This document shows, piece after piece, positions 1-12,376 of a stretch of 64,000 nt of DNA (position 1 is the stretch's first letter; every line of letters starts with the position of its first letter). The translations under genes were made by a program, and so were the position numbers. This stretch comes from Octopus vulgaris (lineage: Eukaryota). The stretch is from assembly GCA_951406725.2 (NCBI GenBank), contig OX597822.1, positions 56,544,001-56,608,000 on the forward strand, in the 5' to 3' direction. Under the pieces are notes generated by a model. The model worked only from the letters and a program-made list of their open reading frames with translations, did no database searches and was not told the origin of the DNA.

Positions 1-440
1 ACCAATTAGATTTCGGGTTATATTTGAAAAGTCTTCGTTTTGGAGCGCCAAAATACCGGAAATATTTCTGCAGAAAATAATTCTCTGCAGTGAAATTTTG
101 CGATTTGAGAACATAGTTATTTAAATTTAAATTTAAAATAATAAGCGTGAAAAATTGAATATTGATTTGATTAATATCAATTTAAAACCAGTGGTCTAGG
201 ATATAGAAAAATCTGAAGATTCAGAAAATTATATTACATACATATAAGAGGGATGACCACTAAGTAGACATCCATTATACTTGAAGGCGATCCCCTATCG
301 TCTGACCACTAAGAAAGGAATGGTCTCAAGAAAATTTAGCAAACGCCAGAACGTAAGCGAGCAAGACAAATGAAAAGATACAAATATACAGATTAATTAC
401 AACCCGGTATATATATATATTATATATATATATATATATA

Positions 441-1525
441 TAACTTAGAATAACTTAGAAAGGTTTTTGGCCAGTATTGGCCCAGGCCATGTCTAACTTA
501 ATAGCACCACCTGGCGAAGTCTTTCAGTTCAGGATTTGGGCACCAAGGCCCATTCGAGCAGAGAGTTATTGTTTGCGGAGACATATCCGGGTGTGGATGG
601 TTTGTCCGGTACTGTTTGAAGGAATTTGTCCAAAGACTTCTTGAATTTTGTGTGGTCAGTTTCTTTTTTGACGTGTCCTGGTGTAATGTTGAAGAGAGCG
701 GGTCCAATTGAGGTGAAATAGTTGTGCCGTATTGTCGTTATGTGATGCGATTTAGATTTTTGTTGTGGACGGATGGCACGTGGTCCAAGCCTTGGATGCA
801 TTTTGAAGGTGATGCCAACATCATTCGGACAGTGCTGATGGAATATTTTCCACATCATACAGATAATGTAGCGTTCACGGCGTCGTTGGAGTGAATACAA
901 TTTCAGCTTCTCTAGTCTACCCCAGTAGTCAAGGTCTGACATGCCATCTATCTTTTTTGTGATTGACCTTTGGGGAGCTTCAATTCTCATAATATTTTGT
1001 TTTGTGTAGGGAGACCACAGTGGACAACAGTATTCAAGGTGGGGTCGGGCAAAAGTGGAGAAGAGAAGGATAATAGCGTGGGAATCTCTCGACTGGAAGG
1101 TTCTGAGAATCCAGGAACAGATTCTGCGGGCCATGTCAACTTTGCTGCTTATATGTGTAGCCCAGCTTATGTTGTTGTCCACTGTTACTCCCAGGTCTCT
1201 GATGTTGTTGGATGCCATGAGAATTTCTCCAGAAGGAAGAGAGTATGGGAGTTTCAGAGCGTCCTCCCTTCCAAAGTGGATCAGTTCGAATTTGTCTTCA
1301 TTTAGCAACATGTTATTCTTTTCCGCCCATTGGACAACAGCTAGTAGGTCTGACTGAAGGTTTATTCGGTCATCCACGCCATTGATGACCTTCTGGAGCT
1401 TGGAATCATCAGCGAAGGTTCTGATGTTGCTGTGTTTGATGGTGTCAGTAATATCATTTATGTAGATGATGAAGAGAAGTGGGCCCAACACAGTGCCTTG
1501 TGGGACACCACTGCTGACTTTGGCT
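441..1525 (-). mobile_element. 5'-truncated CR1-clade LINE (RT C-terminal half + 3' end), flanked by (TA)n on both sides
   Basis: ORF 529..1491 is intact: GPLLFIIYIND, FADDSK, RDLGV, RPHLEYC, YSLQRRRERY. It is preceded by (S)GVPQG(T). (TA)n at 408-440 and 1526-1537. Confidence 0.9.
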
Positions 1526-2020
1526 ATATATATATATCTTGACCTAAAGCATTTTATGCCAGTTGGGGTTCACACACGTCATTACCACACGTAGATGTAA
1601 ACATTTAAATTTGATGTTAATATTACGAAAAATTACATCCTCATTGGTATTTTATCGTTGCCTAGTATTCATCTAGCATACCTTTGATCAAAGAGAAATC
1701 TATCCGTGACAATTCTGATTTTTTTTGTGTGCTTTGTATGCTTCCTAATATAATTCTTGGTGGGATTTAGTGGAAAGTAACACTGAATTTGGCTAAATTT
1801 ACAATCTGCACTCCCCCACATCTCTCTCTCTCTCTTTCACACACACATACACAAACACATACACAAACACACACAGACATACTGACACAGACAAACACAC
1901 ACACACAAATATATGTCTGTCATAGACTATACTTACAGCATTACATACATTTACCTTGTACCATTGCAATAAGATACAACTCGTTAACGAACGTTTATTT
2001 TATTCGATTCTGTTTTTCAG

Positions 2021-2127
2021 GACCAACAAGCGGATCACAAAATATCTGGACATTCCAGGGAAGAATTCTGACCTATCTCACATCAATTTCTTTCTCTTTG
2101 ATATTGTTTTGGAACTTTTTTGCTTAA
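2021..2127 (+). CDS. Terminal (GPI-signal) exon of an upstream cholinesterase paralog; the rest of the gene lies outside the window
   Basis: Acceptor tgtttttcag at 2011-2020. Phase-1 reading (G)PTSGSQNIWTFQGRILTYLTSISFSLILFWNFFA*, closely similar to exon 44963-45069. The flanking intron and 3'UTR are also homologous. Confidence 0.8.
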
Positions 2128-2178
2128 ATACTCAGTTAATCACATCACTCTATATTGACATTGCTGTATTATCGAATT

Positions 2179-2184
2179 AATAAA
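2179..2184 (+). promoter_or_regulatory. Probable polyadenylation signal of the upstream paralog
   Basis: AATAAA about 50 nt after the stop codon, followed by a T/GT-rich tract. Confidence 0.55.
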
Positions 2185-2496
2185 ATCATTTTGTTATCTT
2201 TTGTGTTTTCAGCAGGCAAAAAATGAGTTGCACCTGTTTTTCAAAAATGAGTTGTTCCTGTATTTCAAAGGACTAGCCTTGTCATATTGTGTCACGTTGA
2301 ATCCCTTTCAGGACTACGATAAACGTACGAGTGTCTGTGCAGTGCACAGTCATTTGCACGTTAATGTCGGGTGTAGACTATCCCTGAAATTGGTCAGATC
2401 AACTGGAACACTCATCATCGTAAATGATAGAGTGTTGTTAACAATATATTAAATCAATTAGCTCCCTCTCTCTCACTCACTCACACACACACACTC

Positions 2497-2530
<34 letters not shown>

Positions 2531-2544
2531 CACACACACACACT

Positions 2545-2845
2545 GGACTCTCTGGCTATGTTTGACAGACGGAAACTTGAAACGAGAAAGCGAAACGCTA
2601 ATTATAGCCACCCAGAAACAAACCCATAGAATAAACCTGATACAGGCAAAGATCGACAAGATTCAACCGGACAGCAAATGTAGAATCTGCAGGAAAGGAG
2701 ACGAAAGTATCACTCATCTCTTGAGTGAATACACAAAGGGAGTGCAAGTGCAGGCGTAACTGTGTAGGCAAAAAATGCACTAGGAGGTTAGCATTTCTAT
2801 ATTAGTCCTGCTGATGGAGCCCGTACCACCCAGGTTTTCAGTATT
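2545..2845 (+). mobile_element. Fragment of an RLE-type (R4/Dong-like) non-LTR retrotransposon, CCHC region
   Basis: Translation LKRESETLIIATQKQ...SKCRICRKGDESITHLLS. Runs into an (ATT)n tract. Confidence 0.65.
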
Positions 2846-2922
2846 ATTATTATAATTATTATAATTATAATTATTATTATTATTATTATTACTATTATTA
2901 TTATAATTATTATTATTATTAA

Positions 2923-2987
<65 letters not shown>

Positions 2988-2993
2988 CTAGTG

Positions 2994-3054
<61 letters not shown>
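2843..3054. repeat. Compound (ATT)n/(AGT)n microsatellite
   Basis: Directly visible. Confidence 0.95.
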
Positions 3055-3055
<1 letters not shown>

Positions 3056-3855
3056 TCTTCTCCAACCAGCTTATTGCCGAGACTTATCTACTACCAAGTT
3101 CCAATATTTCAAGCACCTTGATGGTTTCCTGCGAGAGGAGTTCAAAAATCAAACCGATGCTGAAATTGCGTTCAAAGAGTTAGACAACTCCAGAACTGCA
3201 AATTTTTATGTTACCAGAATAAACAAAGTTATAACTTGTTGGCAAAAATGTGTTGAATGTAATGGTACTTAATTTGATAACTAAAATTTCCGTTTTCTTG
3301 AAATATATTGTGATGAATTTCGTGTTTCAAAACACACATACACAGACCCATACATGTACATAAAAAAGGATTTGGTCGGCGCGGGGTAACTGCTGAAGAC
3401 ACTCTAAGGTGCCACACAGTGGGACTGAATCCAGAACCATTTGGTTTTGGAAGCAAACTTCTCACTACAGGGTTACTCTTTTCGTAGGATATACCCTTCA
3501 GAGAAATAAATAGAGTAGAGAATGTGAATGAGCTAAATTCTTTTATTTATATTTTAACGAAAATGTGTCAATAGAAAGATTTAGAGTCATACAGTCTCTC
3601 TCTATTATTCTCACCGATAATAGTGTCAAGTACATTGAAGTCATTATGTAGAAGGAATAAATATTCATGTTCTTGTCAGTTGTTTACATGATTACTTAAT
3701 AGAGTTCAAATATTTATCATCTAAACAGGACAGAAGTAAAAAGGAGATTGAATGCCACACTGTTAAATGGATTATAGAAAATAGGAACCGTTTTAATGTT
3801 TTTGTTGTTGTTGTTGTTGTTGTTATTATTATTTGTGCTGTTGTTTTATCTTCCC

Positions 3856-3909
<54 letters not shown>

Positions 3910-4249
3910 TCTATCTATCTATCTATCTATCAATCTATCTATCTGTCTATATTGCCAATCCAATCCTGATTAAGCATTCCGGTTTTGACAAACCCGTTCA
4001 CCTTAAAATATGTAATATTACGTTATCTAAAGTGTTGTTTCTTTACTGAAGATGAAAAATGATTTGAAGGAGATTTAGCTGTTATTTCTAGCAACTCCAT
4101 TAATCACATAAAACCGTCTTCACAGGGCTCAGAAATATTTCAATATGATATAACTATGGAAAGAAATGTGCGAGTAGAATAGAACGGAAAACGCCTTATT
4201 ACTGAAAACGTAGTTGTCAATATTTTCCTGTTTGACAGATATTTTAATA

Positions 4250-4780
4250 TTCGCAGAGGTTGACTTTATCTTTCGTCCTTTGGGATCGATAAAATAAGTA
4301 CCAGTTAAACACTGGAGTCGATGTAATCGACTTCTTACCTCTCACGAACTTACTGGTTTTGTACCAAAATTTGAAAATGATATTGTCTTGAAATGGGCGG
4401 CGAGTTGGTAGAATCGTTACCCCATCGGTCTACACCCAGAGGTTCAAATTCCGCCGAGGTCAACTTTACCTTTCATCCTTTCCCGGTCGATAAAATAAGT
4501 GCCAGTTGAACACTGGGTCAAAGTAGACACGAAATAGCTAGCCTAATGCAAAAACTTGAAAACAATATTTTCTGGAAAAAGGCGGCGAGCTGGCAGAATC
4601 GTTAGTACACCAAACAAAATGCTTAGCGGTATTTCGCTCGTTCTTACGTTTTGAGTTTAAATTCCGCCGAGGTCGACTTTGTCAATAAAGTAACTAGTAA
4701 TTGAGCACTGGGGTCGATGTAATCGACTTAACTCCTTCTGAAATTGCTGGCCTCTGTGCCAAAATTTGAAACCAATATTT
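4250..4780 (+). mobile_element. Cluster of tRNA-derived SINE copies (mirrored at ~13745-14290)
   Basis: Head ggcggcgagctggcagaatcgttag...gagtt(c/t)aaattccgcc and body ctttcatcctt...gtcgataaaataagtaccag recur throughout the window. Confidence 0.8.
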
Positions 4781-5213
4781 TCTTTATTAGGGAGTGTCAA
4801 CAACCTCGACCATACAGAAAATTAATGTCAAATGTTATGTTTATGTATTTGTTTTGCAAGATTCCTGATGTGGAATGAGGTATTGAAGCAGGTATTCTTA
4901 TATCGCGGGACAGTCATTTTTTTTTCCCAAATAGAGCGTCATCCTGTATTGTAGCAACCATGTTAGTATGAATGTCCTTGGGGGCTAAGACCTTTTTCGG
5001 CAGATATTTGGTTCACGAAATATTTTCCATTTTCAAGATTTAATATAATAATGTGTACATCCTTAAATATAATCACGATGGAAAGAATCAATTTTCATGG
5101 GAACACTTTAAAAAGAGGTTTGACAATTTTGAACTTGAGATCTTGGAAGTGTCGATAACAATATGGTCAGCAGTCATTTGCAAAAATCTAGACAAAGACA
5201 CGCACGCTCGCAG

Positions 5214-5299
<86 letters not shown>

Positions 5300-6061
5300 G
5301 CACACACATACACAAACACATACGCACACTCGCACATCTGTATATATAAAGAGAGAAAGGTATAGAGATATAGATAGATAGAGATGAAGAAAGGAGAGAG
5401 AATCGCTACTAGTTACTTTAGAAATTTTTAAACAGTCAGTTATTAATTTACTTCGAAAGAAACAATGCTGCTGTTAATAAGAAAGGTTGAAATTAATGCA
5501 CTCAATATTTCACAGCACTAGCATCAATCCTTCATAGTCAGTCCATGAACTTTTCACCCAATCCTCCTTTGTATGTTTCCCACCCTCTTTATCTACCTAT
5601 ATCTCCCTTTTTCTCTCTTTCTAGTTTTTCGCCGTATATCATTGCTGCCAATCAAATATTTCCTTACTCACACACACACACACGTACTCTCTATCCCTCT
5701 CTCTCTCCTTTCTCTATCTATCTATCTATCTATCTATATCTCTATACCTTTCTCTCTTTATGTATACAGATGTGCGTGTGTGCGTATGTGTGAGTGTGTG
5801 TGAGTCTGTGTGTGTGTATGTGTGTGTATGTGTGTATGTGTGAGTCTGTGTGTGTGTGTGTGGGTGTGTGTGCGCGTGTGTGTGTGTGTGTGTGTGTGTG
5901 TTTCTGCGTGCGTGCGTGTCTTTGTCTAGATTTTTGCATGTGACTGCTGACCATATTGTTATCGACACTTCCAAGATCTCAAGTTCAAAATTGTCAAACC
6001 TCTTTTTAAAGTGTTCCCATGAAAACTGATTCTTTCCATCGTGATTTTATTTAAGGATGTA

Positions 6062-7221
6062 CGAGGGGCGTTCAATAAGTAATGCCTCTGACCCACTTCC
6101 CATAGCAGTAGAGCAACGAAACTTGGCACAGTTATTAGTCTTTTTCTACATAGGAACCACCCAGAGTTACGCATTTCTTCCATCGTTTGATGCAGCTCTG
6201 AAGACCGTTTTTGTAGAAGACCCCAGCTTGGTCCTCCAACCACGACGTGACTTCAGAAATCAAGGCTGCATCATCTGGGAAACGCTTTCTTTTCAAAAAC
6301 AACTTCATGGCTGGGAAGAGGTGAAAATCAGAGGGTGCAGGTCAGGAGATGGGGGATGAGTTCATAGCCGCACGCCTGTGCTTCTGATCTGGCGACACGC
6401 GAGTTGTGGATCGGAGCGTTGTCCTGCAGGAGGAGGATGCCTTTGCTGATCTTGCCCCGCCTCTTGATTTTGATAGCTTCTCTTAATTTCCTCAAAAGTG
6501 AAGCATAATAGACTCCTGTAATTGTGGCACCCTTTGCCAAGAAATCTGTCATCACTATTCCGTCCTGGTCCCAGAGGACTGTGAGCATGACCTTGCCAGC
6601 GGAGGGCTGCACCCTTGCCTTCTTTGGAGGAGGTGAGTCACGGTGCTTCCACTGCATTGACTGGGCTTTGGTCTCTGGATCATAGTGATGGGCCCAAGTT
6701 TCATCCTGTGTAATCAGTCTTTTGAAAAATTTTTACTCATCTTCTTGGCACATCTTCAAATTCATCCTCACGCTATCGACGCGTTCTTGCTTCTGGAAAG
6801 GTGTGAGCAGCCTGGGAATCCATCTGGCAGACACCTTTTGCATATGCAAATGGTCATGAATGATAGTTTCCACAGACCCGGTACTAATCTTGACCTCATG
6901 GGCTATTTGGCGAATAGTTATGCGTCGATCTTCCAAAATGGCAGCCTCAATTTGACGGACAAATGCCTCATCAATGGCAGAAGGGGGCGACCAGATCTGG
7001 GAGCTGTTTCCACAAAGTTCAGACTATGTTTGAATTCACGATGCCAGCGTTTTACAAGGTCATATGATGGGGCATCATCACCATAAGTTACTTTTATTTC
7101 ATCAAAAGTCTCCCGTGGTGTGCGTCCTTTCAAATACAAAAACCGCATCACTGCTCGACACTCAACAGGCTCCGTAACAACTGCAAGTGGGTCAGAGGCA
7201 TTACTTATTGAACGCCCCTCG
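6062..7221 (-). mobile_element. mariner (DD34D) transposon with both TIRs, frameshifted
   Basis: Perfect 37-bp TIR cgaggggcgttcaataagtaatgcctctgacccactt and TA target duplication at 6060-61 and 7222-23. Peptides SARWIPRLL, QDETW, LLQDNAPIH, APSDF. Confidence 0.95.
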
Positions 7222-7229
7222 TACACCTT

Positions 7230-8265
7230 ATATTAAATCTTGAAAATGGAAAATATTTCGTACGTCAGATATCTGCAGAAAAAGGTTTTAGCCCCCAAGG
7301 ACATTCATGCTGACATGGTTTCTACAATAGAGGATGACGCTCCAGCTTTATTAACAGCGGCAAAGTGGGCAGCTGAATTTAGAAGGGGGAAAAAGAGTCT
7401 TGAAGATAACCCGAGGTCTAGACGTCCTGTGATTGCAATCATCGAGGAAAATATTGATCGTCTTCACTGCATGGTAGTCGATGACAGGTGACTGACGATG
7501 AACCAGATAACCAATGCTATTAGCATATTTCGCCACAGAGTTGAGAATATTCTACACAATGAACTTGGCATGACGAAGATTCTACTCAATGTGTTCTGAT
7601 ACCTGATCGAAAGTGCACCAGACTAATCACATCACATGAAAATGAGACATTATTTAGGGCATTATTTAGTTTCTTTGAACATATCCTAGCTCAGGATGAC
7701 ACTGTTGAGCTCCGAAAAAATCGAAGGTCGTTCGTTACATCTGCAAGGAATGTGGCGGTTTCAATGTTTTCGGATGCAAAAGGCATTGTATTTACTGACT
7801 ATCTTCAGAAGTGCTACAGCATAAGGTGTGAGTACTGTGCCAATTTGATGAGGCACTTACGAAAGGCTGTCAAGAGCAAACGCCCAGGAAAACTGTCGAA
7901 AGGGGTCATGTTTCAGCAGGACAATGTTCTTGGTTTCAATTGCTGTACGTGATTGTAACTTGGACCTGAATGATCACTCACTCTATCCTCCTTATTTGGT
8001 CCCATCTCATTATCATCTGTTCCTCAACATGATAAAGCATCTGGTTGGAAACCAATATTGGAGTGACGATGACCTGATATCTGATGTTGATGACTCTTTG
8101 ACCAACTGGATGAAAGCTTTTTCACCGATGGAATTCAAGCACTGTAACACCGATGGCAGAGTGTTTTAACCGTGAAGAGAAGCTTGTTGAAAAATAAACT
8201 TCCTTTGATCACGTTCTGTGAGAGCGTCTTCGTCAGCCGATGAATTTCTCAGCCGACTTTCGTTT
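7230..8265 (+). mobile_element. Degenerate mariner, second family (mirror copy ~11095-11995 on -)
   Basis: Fragments KWAAEFRRGKKSLEDNPRSRRP, FSDAKGIVFTDYLQK, MFQQDN, PPYLVPSHYHLF. Confidence 0.85.
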
Positions 8266-8328
<63 letters not shown>

Positions 8329-8745
8329 TACATACATACAGAGAATATATCATTATTAATGATTTTTAAGAAGCCGTTTGTGCACGCAAATGTACAGACT
8401 TGATGCAAGAAAGGTTTTGTGTTGGCGCTCTTAAATGTATTCAGCTTTTTGAAACACATGCACGAAAACACGTGCGTGTGCGCCGCACAGACACATTCAT
8501 TTATATATTGCAGTACACTCCCTTAATCATCTCTCAACAGGAGATCATAACTAGTTCCAACATTCCCACTGCTCCCCAAGAAAAAGTTACCAGGCTGAAA
8601 TTCACTAGCATCTTCCAGTCATTAGCACCATTCAGAACACTGGCTTAGCCCTCTTTTGGTAAACCACTTCTGTTGGTAAATCGCTATTGGATTATTTTTC
8701 CTTCAATCCCTATTAGTGAGTCACTAAAGTTATCACTTACATTCA

Positions 8746-8816
<71 letters not shown>

Positions 8817-9402
8817 GACACAAACACATACACTCATACACACACACATATTGTTTCCAATTTCTGGTGCAAGACCAGCAATATAAGGGGAGGTAGTAAG
8901 TCGATATAACGACCTTTGTACTCAACTAGTATTTATTTCATTGACAACGAAAGAATGCAAAGCAAGCGAAGTCGACGGCATTTGAATTCAGAACGTAAAG
9001 TTGAAAGAAATGCCACTAAGTGTTTTGTCCAGCGCGGTAACGATTCTGCCAGTTTACCGCCTTACATACACACGCGTGCACACACACACACACACACACA
9101 CACATTTATATCATTATACATTATATATTTTGTTATACATCATATTATAATGTAATGTATTGCGCTATATTATATCATATTATATCATATATTATATTCT
9201 TGGGCAAAACACTTCATTTCAGATTGCTCCAGTCCACTCAGCTGTAAGTGGGTAGTCCTGAAATTGAATAGCCTTCTGCTCAAGGGTAAAGTTGGCCTGC
9301 TCGCTGGGCCAGCGGGATGGCGTGTTTCGAAAGTTAAAACAATACGAAGTGCATTGTGACTAGCAATGTATAACAATATCCGATAGTCTGGTTCAGACCG
9401 TA

Positions 9403-9445
<43 letters not shown>

Positions 9446-9538
9446 CATTCACACACAAATAACACACATATATATGTGTCTGTGTGCGTGCTTAAAAACT
9501 TTACTCCTCTCTATCTTTACTTTTTCGCTGCCCCTCTC

Positions 9539-9577
<39 letters not shown>

Positions 9578-9979
9578 AGTCGTAGTTTTTCTTTTCCTCT
9601 CTTCTTTCTCTTTCCCTTCCTCTCTTTCAAGTGATACGTCACTGACGATCTTTACCGCTCTTTGCACTCTTTCTTACACACTTTATTTACCTTCTCCATT
9701 TGTCCGTCACCTTTTCTCTAAAATCAACATTTTTCTTTTTCCATTGTTTTTTTTTTTCTATTCCTCTCTTCTCAGATTTGTTCCACTCCTTACAAATACA
9801 TTCATTCTCTATAAACAAGCCGTTTTCTCTCGCAAATTTTCTCTCCCCACCCCATCTCTACTCTATCCTCATACATGCTCACACGCATTGTTTGGTAAAC
9901 AACAGAAGCGGTTTACCAAAAGAAGGCTGAGCCTGAGTTCTGAATGGTGCTAATGACTGGAAGATGCTAGTGAATTTGA

Positions 9980-10690
9980 ACTACGTGCTAGTGTTCCCAA
10001 GCCTGAAATGAAGGGTCTGATTCCACAGAAAACTTGTGATTGTTGATTGCAATATGGACTAAGTATATGAAAGGAAGTACGTAACAAACCAATGACTTAG
10101 TGATTCGCGTGTGGCACGAGAAAGGCAATGCGCGGTGTACGCAACAGTGGACGTGGGCTTCTGCGAGTATGTAGTAAGATTCGTTATATACAACCTGGTT
10201 GGTATTTAACTTAGGACAGAGAGCAGATGAGCGATTTGTGAACTGGAAAGCGTGTACAAGCCTTAAATCAACTATAAGGTAATAAGCTGTCCTTATGGAA
10301 TAGCTTGGTTGTCATTTGTGCGCAATGCAGAACAGGAAGATGTAAGGAAATGCTACAAAGGACTTAATGAGTTCTATGAGTAAGAGAATGAGAGTGAATG
10401 GTATACACATCAGATTTGGTGGAACGTTGCGGATTTGTATACAAATTAACAATGTCCTACCTGGCTGGCAGATATCTTTTAGAAGGGCATCAAATCAGAT
10501 ATCCGAAAACTAGAGAGAGACTGGTAAAATGCCTCATCATGGATTTAGCAGGTGAATGTTAGAATTGCCATAGGCAAAGAGAAAAGAACACAAATTTAGT
10601 GAGCTGTAAAACTAAATAGTGGGCTGTATTTGGTTTGATGGGACGGAAGCAAGGATGACAAAGGGAAAAGACGTGACTGGTATAAACCTG
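9980..10690. mobile_element. Highly decayed insertion present only in the right palindrome arm, probably a LINE remnant
   Basis: Interrupts arm homology between 9978 and ~10685. No clean ORF. Confidence 0.35.
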
Positions 10691-11094
10691 ATAACTTTAT
10701 CGTTGGGTGCAGCGGCAATGTTGGAACTAGTTATGATCTCCTGTTGAGAGATGATTAAGGGAGTGTACTGCAATATATAAATAATTGTGTCTGTGCGCGG
10801 CGCACACGCACGTGTTTCAAAAAGCTGAATACATTTAAAAGCGCCAACACAAAACCTTTCTTGCATCAAGTCTGTACATTTGCGTGCACAAACGACTTTT
10901 TAAAAATCATTAATAATAATTTTTGAATTAAAAAAAAATCTTTTTCATCTGTCTTTCTCTCTGTGTGTGTGAGTGCGTGTGTGTGTGCGTGTGTATAAAT
11001 ATACATAGGTATATATATATATACAATATATACGAATATATATTCATATATACGTGTGTGTGTGTATATGTGTGTGTGTGTGTATGTATGTGAA

Positions 11095-11995
11095 GAAGCT
11101 TTCGTCCAGTTGGTCAAAGAGTCATCAACATCAGATATCACGTCATCGTCACTCCAATATTGGTTTCCAACCAGATGCTTTATCATGTTGAGGAACAGAT
11201 GATAGTGAGATGGGACAAATAAGGAGGATAGAGTGAGTGATCAACCAGGTCCAAGTTACAATTACGACAACAGCAATTGAAACCAAGAATCTGTGTGCTA
11301 AGACATTGTCCTTCTGAAACATGACCCCTTTCGACAGTTTTCCTGGGCGTTGGCTCTTGACAGCCTTTCGTAAGTGCCTCATCAAATTGGTACAGTACTC
11401 ACACCTTATGCTGTGGCACTTCTGAAGATAGTCAATAAATACAATGCCTTTTGCATCGGAAAAAATTGAAACCGCCACATTCCTTGCAGATGTAACGAAC
11501 GACCTTCGCCTTCTTCGGAGCTCAACAGTGTCATCCTGAGCTAGGATATGTACAGAGAAACTAAATAATGCCCTAAATAATGTCTCATTTTCCTGTGATG
11601 TGATTAGTCTGGTGCACTTTCGATCAGGTATCAGAACACATTGAGTAGAATCTTCGTCATGCCAAGTTCATTGTGTAGAATATTCTCAACTCTGTGGCGA
11701 AATATGCTAATAGCATTGGTTATCTGGTTCATAGTCAGTCGCCTGCCATCGACTACCATGCGGTGAAGACGATCAATATTTTCCTCGATGATTGCAATCA
11801 CAGGACGTCTAGACCTCGGGTTATCTTCAAGACTCTTTTTCCCCCTTCTAAATTCAGCTGCCCACTTTGCCGCTGTTAATAAAGCTGGAGCCTCATCCTC
11901 TATTGTAGAAACCATGTTAGTATGAATGTCCTTGGGGGCTAAGACCTTTTTTCTGCAGATATTTGATTCACGAAAATTTCTCCATTTTCAAGAGA
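11095..11995 (-). mobile_element. Degenerate mariner (inverted duplicate of 7230-8120)
   Basis: ORFs 11631..11915, 11149..11478 and 10866..11186 match the left-arm copy. Confidence 0.85.
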
Positions 11996-12059
11996 AATAT
12001 AATAATGTGAGCATAATTAAATCTCAGAATGAGATTGAAACAGTAATCGCTCGATAATG

Positions 12060-12170
12060 TAAAGTATAGAAGCCATCTTATCATGGCTAACCACATTTGG
12101 GAGGGGGTTGTTACTGTAGCAATCCCCTCCCCAATGTGGTTAGCCATGATAAGATGGCTTCTATACTTTA
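12060..12170. repeat. ~111-bp hairpin (MITE-like)
   Basis: taaagtatagaagccatcttatcatggctaaccacatt...aatgtggttagccatgataagatggcttctatacttta. Confidence 0.9.
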
Positions 12171-12345
12171 TATAATAATGTGTACATCCTTAAATAAAAT
12201 CACGATAGAAAGAGTCAATTTTCATAGGAACACTTTAAAAAGAGAAGGTTTGACAATTTTGAACTTGAGATCTTGGAAGTGTCGACAACAATATGGTCAG
12301 CAGTCACTTGCAAAAATCTAGACAAAGACACGCACGCTCGGAGAA

Positions 12346-12376
<31 letters not shown>

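Noticed and set aside
1-60. Hammerhead-like trace on the minus strand (ACGAAGA...CGAAA)
   Set aside because: The core is mutated, stem II does not pair, and the motif is cut by the window edge.
6918-7226. ORF starting MYEGRSISNASDPL as a transposase N-terminus
   Set aside because: It is read-through of the TIR created by an internal deletion. The true start (MEPVECRAV) is seen in the 43213 copy.
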